This document shows, piece by piece, positions 31,501-39,479 of a stretch of 64,000 nt of DNA (the first letter of the stretch is position 1; each line of letters begins with the position of its first letter). The DNA is from a virus: positions 1 to 64,000 of IMG/VR virus record IMGVR_UViG_3300033049_000013. One strand, written 5' to 3'. The notes beneath the pieces were generated by a model. That model had not been told where the DNA came from. It saw nothing but the letters and a program-made list of their open reading frames with translations, and did no database searches. The position numbers and the translations under genes were made by a program.

Positions 31501-33271
31501 CTCTAATGTTTTCAAAAGTCGCTGTAAGATTCTTTGAAGTACCATTCTTAAATGCTTGATACATATTCAAATCAAACAATTCCATGCGTTTCTGGTCAGC
31601 TAGAGCTTTCACTCTTTCTGCTGGTAGACTAGCATCATTACGAACTATATTAGTAAGCTCATTCATCTTCTTATCAACAGTCAGTAAATCATCAGCTATC
31701 TGTAACTTAACCCTGTTAAATGCAACCTCTTTATCAATAGCTTCTTTCTTAGCTGAACTGATTCTACCTAATGGACCAGTTTCATCTACTGCTTTACCTT
31801 GAGCATCATATACATAATCTCCAGGTTGTACAATAATCTCCTCACCATTCGGTCCCATTTTCTTCTCTTGTGTATCTCCCCTATATCTAGCTTGTTCCTT
31901 ATACCTTGGAGCGTGTTCCATAACAGCAGTCTGTCCTACACCACCTAACATACCTGAGAAGAAACTAACAGCCCCTTCCTCAGACCATGCTGCACCTATA
32001 GTAGCACCTGCAGATTCTAAGTCAAGGAATTTACCAGCCATACCTCTAGCATCTCTTTTAGCGGCTTCTTCGTCAGTCATACGACCTATTCTATCACCTG
32101 ATGCTTCAGCCCATACGTTAACAAGTTCCTCTACCCCTTCTTGTACAGCTTCAGCAGCATAAGATAACTTATTACTTTGAGGTACATAAGCTAAGTTCTT
32201 AATACGTTCTGCAGCTTCGCCAATTCCCTCTCCTTTGAATTGTTTTAATTGATGCTTTATATTACCTAAGTCATCCAATAATTGTCTGTTAGAACGAAAC
32301 ATAGGAGCGACACTGGATAAATTAAGTACAGTATTTACAACTGTATTCAATCTAGTTGTTTGAGCAGCCGCCTCAGCAGCCCTTTTACGTGCATCTTCAT
32401 CCGACTTACCTCTACTTCTTTGTATCTGATATGTTCTATCAAATACTTGAGCACCTGACATAGCACCCTCAACATAAGCTAATGAACCTGATGTAGCTAT
32501 AGCAGCTCCAGCTCTTGCAGCATTTGCAGAAGTAGCAGTTAACGCATTAGCTAACTTAGCTCCTCTACCAAATATAGCACCAGGAATCACTGCAGTTGCA
32601 GCAAATTCACCAATAGATTCAAATAAACCTTGTCCTAATTGTAACCACCATGTTGGATCTGATATATCGGATGCAGCATTAGGACGTTCTCTATAAATTT
32701 CACCTGCGAAATCAGTCAATCCTTCCCTTGCACCTTCTGCAAATCTAGTTAATGAGTTCTCGTAATCACCATCATCATACAATAATGTACCTAAACGACC
32801 CATATTCTCAATTAATCCTAAACCAATACCACCAACAGTCTGTACAATAGCACTACCTGTTTGTTCCAATAATCCTTGATTCTGTGCTCTTAACTTTCTA
32901 TGGTCTATTCCTTTAGTCGGACCAGTTGCAGAACCTAGGTAAGGTTCAAATTTAGACCAATCATCAATATCAGTATGTCCATATAGTCCACTTCTAGCAT
33001 CTACATCTTTATCTACTTCATCACCTCTAGAAGTATCTAATCCCCTAGTTTTACCCCATTGGTCATAGTTACTTTGAAACAAAATATTATCTTCATTAGG
33101 TACAGCATCACTAAATCCTGATAATCCATATTCTAATAAAGCATCATTAGTTACAGGTTCATACCTAGTAATGTCTTGTGTAGTAGATATAGGAGCTGGG
33201 ACTGGTGTTGGAGCAGTATTAATTCCTCCTCCATTTTGATACTTCTTTCTATTATTGTTCTTATTACTCAT
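25571..33271 (-). CDS. giant virion cargo protein with zincin (MPTase) domain, 2566 aa
   Basis: LVHEAIHVV (29996-30010) plus EELITQAFS. Gly/Ala-rich, membrane-like N-terminal region (EAVQEGVEELVN, FFSGMLGG) typical of crAss ejected proteins; position follows the other cargo genes. Confidence 0.8.
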   Translation of the reverse strand: MSNKNNNRKKYQNGGGINTAPTPVPAPISTTQDITRYEPVTNDALLEYGLSGFSDAVPNEDNILFQSNYDQWGKTRGLDTSRGDEVDKDVDARSGLYGHTDIDDWSKFEPYLGSATGPTKGIDHRKLRAQNQGLLEQTGSAIVQTVGGIGLGLIENMGRLGTLLYDDGDYENSLTRFAEGAREGLTDFAGEIYRERPNAASDISDPTWWLQLGQGLFESIGEFAATAVIPGAIFGRGAKLANALTATSANAARAGAAIATSGSLAYVEGAMSGAQVFDRTYQIQRSRGKSDEDARKRAAEAAAQTTRLNTVVNTVLNLSSVAPMFRSNRQLLDDLGNIKHQLKQFKGEGIGEAAERIKNLAYVPQSNKLSYAAEAVQEGVEELVNVWAEASGDRIGRMTDEEAAKRDARGMAGKFLDLESAGATIGAAWSEEGAVSFFSGMLGGVGQTAVMEHAPRYKEQARYRGDTQEKKMGPNGEEIIVQPGDYVYDAQGKAVDETGPLGRISSAKKEAIDKEVAFNRVKLQIADDLLTVDKKMNELTNIVRNDASLPAERVKALADQKRMELFDLNMYQAFKNGTSKNLTATFENIRDTNNKTSISEQALKEAENIQAQIQEEAASENPSESKIEKLTEQVKQLQSLAKTTTTKAQSMGLAEDATDNGYVVKAQEAIDTIKEMDKIYKDISNRFDYGDAESHQYAKSAFLMKGNILSSRKKLNKHLETLKEHESEINDEVNKLQGNVTGLEQSVKLTQKQEGLRQSIAMLEVGEDLEGEEYHQYLETLRVLNPTLAKEIGLTTAQIDSKLLAKTKERLAGLKSNYQNQEKQIGAEKSQLIKDSLSSYLTPGQDLENASKESLAVAKKQLTDNINMIRTNTQDKLKDQYAQVYTAQADVTSAEDAFKEMTSVKGRKNFIAASTKYWGKIAEEAEAALSKTKSDEEEVKPEDVEKKDDKDDKDKGKDGKGDDNVVNRLSRDKNVKERKRVVEFMEVIKSLLDETGAIDAQIFKDKLIEFKSEDGGSLLSIVDEYSPLLDSLIKYGTKISIVDKIPANIKLDPNTPAYFTPDSNTIVFQLNDTVRPHSLSYFKELLVHEAIHVVLRNEIPNKTKESTQFVIDLKRFILSLNDGKTVPEVLSNLLKDLDSKIANAQATENVTEERMYAGAYDALEYIKKATEVLGDRNGLEELITQAFSQKEFASYLHTIKSKVGRDDSEQKGEISLWERLKGLIVEFISSVTGFSKLDELTNILDKHAPYIIPTVTGVNDVTPGRYNIEGLDLMLLGVNPDGLIELQHPLNPTYNNDNIEHMTVEKFLRLKGEGLVVNVDSDLNQEYIGLIETSTSPTFLDEIIRRNIMSSGLNAELIQELATTLDERIALLNTENEVPLTETIIEDIDEALQISELAPLGRQINELVTDSIEQSKLITLLNNKVSKLLLEDVATGIDILNIDNFASKFSEEQYNNLLAILENSINDLVLDNALELGAVTSLQEVESISGAVSAILTNFSKITRSKPRTELFFKNNKTAEEVKEVALNNRQYVMIQNIQNTFDKVFIDAYNANINDYNESLGAKDSDTEGDFNIKRKLVQLIKFKNGVELTKVSKAKYDTLYEVISEEDDSYVLIPFKTANEAKNRIEVNKDDIYDFQALNTTNRAFRENLYTPDYITKMYIHRYDKTQKLPKDYLTGILSNAYGELMYSETKANDKKIKNEVKNYFGKKYRQIPAIVMNKIDKLAKDDINGNSTYTDAEVEDMIKGFAEELYNIELDSKVAINTKAVLTKFLWDLKAKGLKLEDHVRFRLKKDISVNVNKALANELNDDPSKKLEQGLLHANPVKVASGEDFIGIHNWMDLDIAMEINLGTTDSPDWYYTGHPNNPNIYHKVKGDKTTDKVYHPGVMLKAYDLATTSDEQQEILDEFNVLYSDKNGGTLTYEDLKAFGDSSNKQAKLFEEFLDIYNKVGYSETILEPEMLKQLVNFNVSGGSIDFEYDNNKRINMDEYFYDGKEIRPEMEKFLIDGKIIIVDNKFNYDLEDSPSEKNSLSATSILGHSLDDINDPSIGGYLEDVVTTDLLSSKRNRYWMLVKDLNNKVRPIALKPRNANKEELDSFATKITNIIDVFNNQEIDLSNAESIGALRKEINTLLDSKDGLFFKVPAKFGPTVTQLEVDFASIRSNKLDAHSLILKVADKNTGKAIQIIKGLDFNSGARLKNSLLKNGLTEGNIGVSLPKPENVTSIKAILPFMEVPTTSSMFENNSIFMGLNDDIANTKDSIIEQAKSAKTETEIEIEPEIKKPKIKDDKPVDEVVKVKPKPKVKKKAIKKDKEYTDAEVLAVINSKKTILDYGSAPTLASILGVWRATRVEILTAVRSGEIIPSNIVDALRTPDWDNKDHKQIVRNIFGKLDIVLADVGIKGLRLADVKITKTEVEEQVEKQLELEFTENNLDEIKPVEPVDTIEDMQLLYQTPVIENAKTLYGELKKYGGVLGKKKFNDKADYAVVNKFLKEFKKDYFLVANFTVDQYKDFLERNSESLNKTEIKPIIERVISSIKGDISLGAPTVLLRSGTQADLVDLTRGCYKL

Positions 33272-33272
33272 G

Positions 33273-36200
33273 CTATCTAAATTTATAAGTACTTGTTGTT
33301 ATTTTATAAGGATTTGTTCCTATTAACTCATCAGGATGTGGATTAATTTTTGTCTTGTATTGTCTTCTAGTTTCTCTAATATTAAGAATATCTCCTATTT
33401 GACTATCAGTTAATTTTAATGTCTTAGCAGCTTTTACAATTCTTTCAGGTGCTACATCCTCACCTATATCAATTAATTCAGCAACTTTCATGTGAACAGA
33501 TACATGCCTTTTAACTGGTACTATTCTACCCTTAGCATCTCTTTGTATATTTCCTTTAGAATCTCTAGAAGGGAATGTCAATGCTACATAGTCATTTGGA
33601 ATACCTTTTTCATACAGTTCTTTAGAGATATTACTTAGATGCTTATCTTTTCTAATTAATTCCTCAGCTTCGGCATATGGCATTGTACCTGAATAAGATT
33701 GTAATTTAGGTTGTAATTGCCTTCTACCTCCTATAATTACTTCTTCCATCTCTATAAATCCACCAGGATGTATTATAGGACTCTGATAATTATCAAACGT
33801 AACTGTACTATTATCAATATAATGATACGGGTCTGGATTATAAGCATCCTCAGCTCTATTAATTGTATAATTATAGCTTTGTCTAGTAACAGGATTATGT
33901 TGAGTATACTTACCAACCTTTAATCCTGATTCTGCTAAGTTTTGAAGTTGCATAGAAGTTTGATGTCTTGGGTCTTCTCTCCAATGTTTTAAGAATCCAA
34001 AGTTAACATCTTCAAATCCTACTCTAGTTGTACCTTGTTTAGCAATTTTATCTGTTTTCCTTCCCTTATCATCCAATTCATACACAGTAAATGGTAAAGA
34101 AAAGGCATTCTTATTTTCTTTACCTAATGCACTACCTAATTCATAAGTATATTGCTTACCAGTAGCTGCAGACAATTGCTGCAGGTATTGTGGCATAGTC
34201 TGAGCAGTTAATGTACCATTCTCTCCTGGCAAATACATAGGAAGAGTATTAGTGTTCTGTTGATTCTGAAAGAATTCATTAACTCCTTTCTCTCTACCCT
34301 CTGCTAACCAATATTTACCATCATTAGAATAAATACGATTAGACGATTTACCTGACAGTGGAGTAGCAGTCATAGTACCTAGATAGTGATTCATAGCTTT
34401 GTCATACTTAGACTTAGTAGCTGCTACTGAATTTAATTGTTCTTGTTGTGCATGTAGCTTACCAGGTTTCCAGTTAGTACCAATAGACATAGGTTCAATT
34501 AGATCTAATAGATCTCCAGCATTCTTATCTCCAGCCGCTTCTTTTGCTCGTAATTCGCTTAGAAGAGTTGAGTATGTACCTTTAGTGAATGAACTACCAT
34601 TAATACCATTATCTATGATTGAAGTCTTAAAGTCTTCATAAGTCATATTTGGATTATATTTCTTATTTAATTCATACGCTTGCTTAGATGTACTAACAAA
34701 CTCATTCTGCCATTCTACAGCATTCTCTAAGCCATTTAATTCCTCAACAGTCCATTGATAAGTTGGATTGGCTTTAACAGCATCCCCAGCTTCATTATAA
34801 GCTTGATTATGAATATCCATTAAGTTCTTAGCTCCTTGTGCATTACGTTGAATTTCATGTAAAGCACTTACAGATAAATCAGAATTCTCTGATAATACAA
34901 CTTCATCACCATCTTTATTAGTCATAATGATTTTACCACCTCTATTCTCAAACTTCTGAGCCTGAGCAATATCATCATTTGTAATCTTACTAGCATCTCT
35001 AGCAGAATACATAGCATTATCTCTATCAATTTTATTAGCATACTTTGGAGTACCATCAGGGTTTTTCTCACTCGCAGCAATTTGGGCAAAGAATGATGTC
35101 TCTACTCCACCTTTTTGTTGTAATAGTTGATTCTTCTTATCACCAAATTCAGTTAACGTCTTACCATAAGGAGACTCTACAGTAACTCCTGTATCAAAAC
35201 GCTCCATTACTTCATACTCCTTGTCTCGCTTAAACTCATGGTCTGATATTGCTATTGCAAAGCTATGTTTTATTTTAGCTAATTCAATCTCTTTTGAATG
35301 TGCCCATACAGGATTCTTCATTACCTTCAAATCTTCATCATGATCCATGTGAGCTATCTTACCCGCATAAGGTTCTGCTTCTTTACGAATTATATCAGCT
35401 ATAAATGTATCGAACATCTTAGTAGTTGCTACTTTAATAGGGTCTGCAGAAGCTAGCTTATTATAAGCATTCTGAGATTGTTTAACATCGTTTTCTAATG
35501 CTGACATTAAAGCTCTCTTAGCACGTTCTGTTTGTGGACCAGCTATACCATCAACTTTAATTATAGGTCTTCCTGTACGTTCTTGATATAACTTATTTAT
35601 TGCAGTCTGTAATGCAGAACCATGCAATGTATTTAACTCATTAATAGACCCTTTAAATCCATCTAACTTCTCTTGGGCATTACCTACGAATTGGTCATAG
35701 TATTCCTTAGACGGTTTAGCTCCGCCACGAACTTCTTGGTCATAAGTCCATTCAGCTTCTAATTCACCTGTTTTCTTTAATTCATTTCGTAATGCAGATG
35801 ATGCTTGTTCTAGTAATTCTTTCTCACTAATCCAAGTATCTTTATCTTTCCTCCATTCTAATACACCTGTAGGTGAAGTCCTAGAACTTCCTTGTCCCCA
35901 AGTAGCATTAGATGACTCTTTAGCATTAGCTACGAATTTCTCTAAGAATTCAGGTCTATTAACTGCATCTGTTAAATTGACATCACCCCAAGGATTATAT
36001 TGAGTATGGTCAGTACCAATACCAACATCTCTTGTCTGTGCTAGTTTTCTCTTTAGCTGATACTCTTGTGCTTTAGTAATATCACCATCCTTACGTCTAG
36101 TAGTAACATCTTTATAGTTAGTCATATAACCAGTATGACGATTCTTTATAGCAGTCATTTCTCCATGAATACCAAAATCTTTACCTACCACACCAAATAA

Positions 36201-36494
36201 TTCCTCAGCTTGTGCAGTTGACTTAGTTAAATCTCCATTATAAAGATTCATAATATTATCAATACTCTTTTGATAACCTAGTTGCTTTTCTGTATGACGT
36301 TTTCTATCGTATCCCTCTAAACTAGGAACTTCTGATACCTTAGCTTTCAATTTTTTAAAATCTACTAACTTGGTATCATAGTCCTTTTGTTTTGTGGCTA
36401 AAGCTTGTCCCAATAATTGAATGTTAGGTTTAAAAAAGAAATCCGCACGTGTCTGGTCAGCACCTAAATTTCCTGGTAATATTCTTGTTGCCAT
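33273..36494 (-). CDS. virion cargo protein, 1073 aa, with internal peptidoglycan-binding-like motif
   Basis: Position in the cargo cluster; N-terminus F-x-P...KQKDYD; motif LQTAIN...VDGIAGPQTERA. Confidence 0.7.
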   Translation of the reverse strand: MATRILPGNLGADQTRADFFFKPNIQLLGQALATKQKDYDTKLVDFKKLKAKVSEVPSLEGYDRKRHTEKQLGYQKSIDNIMNLYNGDLTKSTAQAEELFGVVGKDFGIHGEMTAIKNRHTGYMTNYKDVTTRRKDGDITKAQEYQLKRKLAQTRDVGIGTDHTQYNPWGDVNLTDAVNRPEFLEKFVANAKESSNATWGQGSSRTSPTGVLEWRKDKDTWISEKELLEQASSALRNELKKTGELEAEWTYDQEVRGGAKPSKEYYDQFVGNAQEKLDGFKGSINELNTLHGSALQTAINKLYQERTGRPIIKVDGIAGPQTERAKRALMSALENDVKQSQNAYNKLASADPIKVATTKMFDTFIADIIRKEAEPYAGKIAHMDHDEDLKVMKNPVWAHSKEIELAKIKHSFAIAISDHEFKRDKEYEVMERFDTGVTVESPYGKTLTEFGDKKNQLLQQKGGVETSFFAQIAASEKNPDGTPKYANKIDRDNAMYSARDASKITNDDIAQAQKFENRGGKIIMTNKDGDEVVLSENSDLSVSALHEIQRNAQGAKNLMDIHNQAYNEAGDAVKANPTYQWTVEELNGLENAVEWQNEFVSTSKQAYELNKKYNPNMTYEDFKTSIIDNGINGSSFTKGTYSTLLSELRAKEAAGDKNAGDLLDLIEPMSIGTNWKPGKLHAQQEQLNSVAATKSKYDKAMNHYLGTMTATPLSGKSSNRIYSNDGKYWLAEGREKGVNEFFQNQQNTNTLPMYLPGENGTLTAQTMPQYLQQLSAATGKQYTYELGSALGKENKNAFSLPFTVYELDDKGRKTDKIAKQGTTRVGFEDVNFGFLKHWREDPRHQTSMQLQNLAESGLKVGKYTQHNPVTRQSYNYTINRAEDAYNPDPYHYIDNSTVTFDNYQSPIIHPGGFIEMEEVIIGGRRQLQPKLQSYSGTMPYAEAEELIRKDKHLSNISKELYEKGIPNDYVALTFPSRDSKGNIQRDAKGRIVPVKRHVSVHMKVAELIDIGEDVAPERIVKAAKTLKLTDSQIGDILNIRETRRQYKTKINPHPDELIGTNPYKITTSTYKFR

Positions 36495-36518
36495 GTTATT
36501 TTATTATCTTTAAAATGT

Positions 36519-39389
36519 TTATTTTCCCTTGAATTGTATTAATTCGTTTGGATCAACTTGACCTGACATTACCGCTTGATAGGCTGCTGGACCATAGTTT
36601 TTATAAATGTTTTGCATTACTTGCCATTCAAATTGATTTTGTCTAGCATTTCCTAGTTGTCTACCAGTATCTACTATACCTGTACCAAATTGAGTAACAG
36701 CTTTATTTCTAAGTGAATCCCTAGCTAACTCTGCAGCTCTATTTTCACTTCTTGCAGATTCCTCAGCTCTTCTACGGTCTTCACCTCTAGCTACTTGTGT
36801 CTTATCCGCAGCTTCAGCTAATTGAATATCAATAGCTTGTTCTCTCATTGCTAAATCTCTAGATTTATCACTCATAGTAGAATATAAGTTAGCACGTAAA
36901 GCATTCTGTGCCTGTGCATTACCTACTTGATTTTGAATACCTCTAGTAGCTGCTGTATATCCAGCGTGTAATGGTCTCTTATCTAAGTTAGATCTACGAC
37001 TTCTTTGTCTATGTAGTACTTTAGCTAACTCAGGATTATACTTAGCTGATGTATAAGCTGGTGGCTTAAAAGATTCTGCTAAATTATAGATTGCTGGAGT
37101 AAATTCACCAGCTAATTGCAACCATGCATCATCAGTTAATGAACCTAAATTACCTAAAAATCCATCACCACCACGTCCAGTATTACGTCCAGTATTATCT
37201 GGCTTACTATGTCTTCTACGTTTAGATTTAAACTCAGGAGCATCTACAAGAGCTACTTGTTCATCATATAAATCAGCATTATAAATATCTTCAGGAAAAT
37301 ACCCTTTTACATTTAGAGGAGCAATAGCATCACCAGGAGCAGTAACAGGAGAACCATTACCACTAAAACCAGAAGTATTATTACTACTATTAGTTGGAGT
37401 TTGTGTTAATGGATTACTTTGTAGAAAACTACTTATATCTTCTCCATAGCCAATACTACTCATAGGTTGTCCTCTAAAGTCATTTTGACTAAATAAACCT
37501 TGACTTAAATCCATTTCTTCATCCCCTGTGTCACCACCTATTTGATATTGTCTTCTTGAGTATCCTCCGAATTCTCTATTAGGTGTAAGCGATTCATAAA
37601 ATGGAGATGGTAAAAGGTCAATTTCATTATCTTCTATAGAATTAGGATCTATTGGGAAATTATTAGCAGCGCCACTACTTATTGGTGCTGTTTGATTAGG
37701 TGCAACTGGATTAGGAAAAGGCTCAGACATTGGTTCATTAATAGTAGGTGCAACTTGTGAAGTACCTCTACTCTTTACTCTAGGTAAGTTAGCTAACCTA
37801 TCTATTCTATCTAACTCAGCTAAATCCATTCTAGCACGTCTATTACCTTGTCTTGTAGTTACATCAGCAGTTCTATTAGCTTCTTGTGCTGCATTAATAT
37901 TAGCAGCATGTTCAGCTCTATCAGCACTAGTTGTAGCACGTTCTATGCGTCTATTTAACTTCTCAGCAGCAGACTCATTTTTCTTTTGTTGGATTGCTGC
38001 TTTACGTCTAGCACGTTCTTGTGCCAGTCTACCTCCTGTAGGGTCAGTAGTTACATCTGCAGTACCTTGTACAGACGGATGTTGTTTAGTTACTTGTTCG
38101 TTTAATGCTGCTTGCTTTTCAGCAGTAGTTTGATTACTATTACTAGGTGTTTGTTTTCCAGTAAATAAATCATCTGCAACTGAATTTATCTCTACCCATT
38201 GGTCTTTAATGAAAGCAATATCACGTGGATTACTAAATCCTGAAGCTAATCCATCATTTAATTCCTGTGCCTCTAACAGTTGGTCTACTACACTTTGCTT
38301 GGCATTAGCACTATTATCATTATTAGCACCTGGAGTAGTATTAGTTGTAGCATTGGCTTTTGCTGCCTTAGTTGCTGCTTTCTTCTTACCTGATGTAGGA
38401 GTATTGCCAGCTAGTAAATCACCTGCAGCCTTTGCTCCTGCTATATTTGCACTAGTTGCTATATTAGCTAAATTACCTGTACTTGGGTCAACTCCATTAA
38501 AGAATGGTCTTGCATGTGCAGCTTCTACTTGTTGCTGTGCAATCTCTTGAGCAGTTGGTGGACCAAACATTTCTCCATAATTAGGGAAATATTGTGATAA
38601 AATGTTACCATTATCATCATCTAATTCGCCTGGTAATGGTGCATTACGTTCAAAACCTCCTACATAAGCATTAGCTTCCTCTGCTGTACCAGTAGTATAT
38701 TTACTGTACGGATTTACAGCTGGAGGAACAGGAGGATCAGGAGTTACTGTTGTACCTTTGGGTAACATTCCCTCAATCTTTACAGGTTGTCTAGGAGCAG
38801 ACGCATTAGCAGCTAACTCCTCAGTAATAGCTTCAGTAAACCCACTATACCCAGCTTCATTATTATATCTTACAACATCATCATACGTAGCTAAATATTG
38901 ATTGTAAGCTTCTAAATCTTCTGTAGCTAAGTTATCTGGATTAAAGTTAGGATTTTGCTGTACATGATTAAACCACCTATCAAAGTTAGCTCTAGTTTCA
39001 GGGTCATCTGTAACTCCTGGATAAATAACACTCCAGTCTAATACACTGTCAGTAGGTATAGTAGGAGTAGTTGGACCCGACCCAGGTGTTCTTAATCCTA
39101 ATTGTGCTTTTATTCTTTTCTCGTACACGTTTTGTCCTTTAACAGTAAAGTCTCCTCCATTTGCTTTTGCAATTCCTGAGTCTGTAATTCTACCGTCGTC
39201 ATCGAATCCATAGTACATTACATCATCATTCATACCTTTCATAGTCATATTCATTTCATTTCTGCCTCCTCCTGGAAATATCATAGATTCGTAATTGCTG
39301 TCCTTAAGACCAGTACGAGCCATTCTAGAATTCCTTGCAACAGGGGCAGTTCCTCCATCTTGTTTTAAGTCTCTTATGTTAAATCTCAT
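36519..39389 (-). CDS. virion cargo protein, 956 aa, largely low-complexity
   Basis: QxGG tags; small N-terminal TMKG...G..F...VYE domain; C-terminal region LAGEFTPAIYNL followed by helical/coiled-coil segment. Confidence 0.7.
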   Translation of the reverse strand: MRFNIRDLKQDGGTAPVARNSRMARTGLKDSNYESMIFPGGGRNEMNMTMKGMNDDVMYYGFDDDGRITDSGIAKANGGDFTVKGQNVYEKRIKAQLGLRTPGSGPTTPTIPTDSVLDWSVIYPGVTDDPETRANFDRWFNHVQQNPNFNPDNLATEDLEAYNQYLATYDDVVRYNNEAGYSGFTEAITEELAANASAPRQPVKIEGMLPKGTTVTPDPPVPPAVNPYSKYTTGTAEEANAYVGGFERNAPLPGELDDDNGNILSQYFPNYGEMFGPPTAQEIAQQQVEAAHARPFFNGVDPSTGNLANIATSANIAGAKAAGDLLAGNTPTSGKKKAATKAAKANATTNTTPGANNDNSANAKQSVVDQLLEAQELNDGLASGFSNPRDIAFIKDQWVEINSVADDLFTGKQTPSNSNQTTAEKQAALNEQVTKQHPSVQGTADVTTDPTGGRLAQERARRKAAIQQKKNESAAEKLNRRIERATTSADRAEHAANINAAQEANRTADVTTRQGNRRARMDLAELDRIDRLANLPRVKSRGTSQVAPTINEPMSEPFPNPVAPNQTAPISSGAANNFPIDPNSIEDNEIDLLPSPFYESLTPNREFGGYSRRQYQIGGDTGDEEMDLSQGLFSQNDFRGQPMSSIGYGEDISSFLQSNPLTQTPTNSSNNTSGFSGNGSPVTAPGDAIAPLNVKGYFPEDIYNADLYDEQVALVDAPEFKSKRRRHSKPDNTGRNTGRGGDGFLGNLGSLTDDAWLQLAGEFTPAIYNLAESFKPPAYTSAKYNPELAKVLHRQRSRRSNLDKRPLHAGYTAATRGIQNQVGNAQAQNALRANLYSTMSDKSRDLAMREQAIDIQLAEAADKTQVARGEDRRRAEESARSENRAAELARDSLRNKAVTQFGTGIVDTGRQLGNARQNQFEWQVMQNIYKNYGPAAYQAVMSGQVDPNELIQFKGK

Positions 39390-39424
39390 TTTAAATTTTT
39401 TTTACAATAGTCAACTTAATACTA

Positions 39425-39452
39425 AGGCTTATAAGAGTAATCCTATAAGCCT
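39425..39452 (-). terminator. hairpin, possible terminator or processing site
   Basis: AGGCTTATA...TATAAGCCT inverted repeat in the intergenic region; no strong U tract. Confidence 0.5.
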
Positions 39453-39479
39453 ATAATATTATTATAAAGTATTGTTCTT

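Noticed and set aside
37174-37197. 12-bp tandem repeat CGTCCAGTATTA x2
   Set aside because: Only encodes NTGRNTGR in a disordered region; trivial local duplication.
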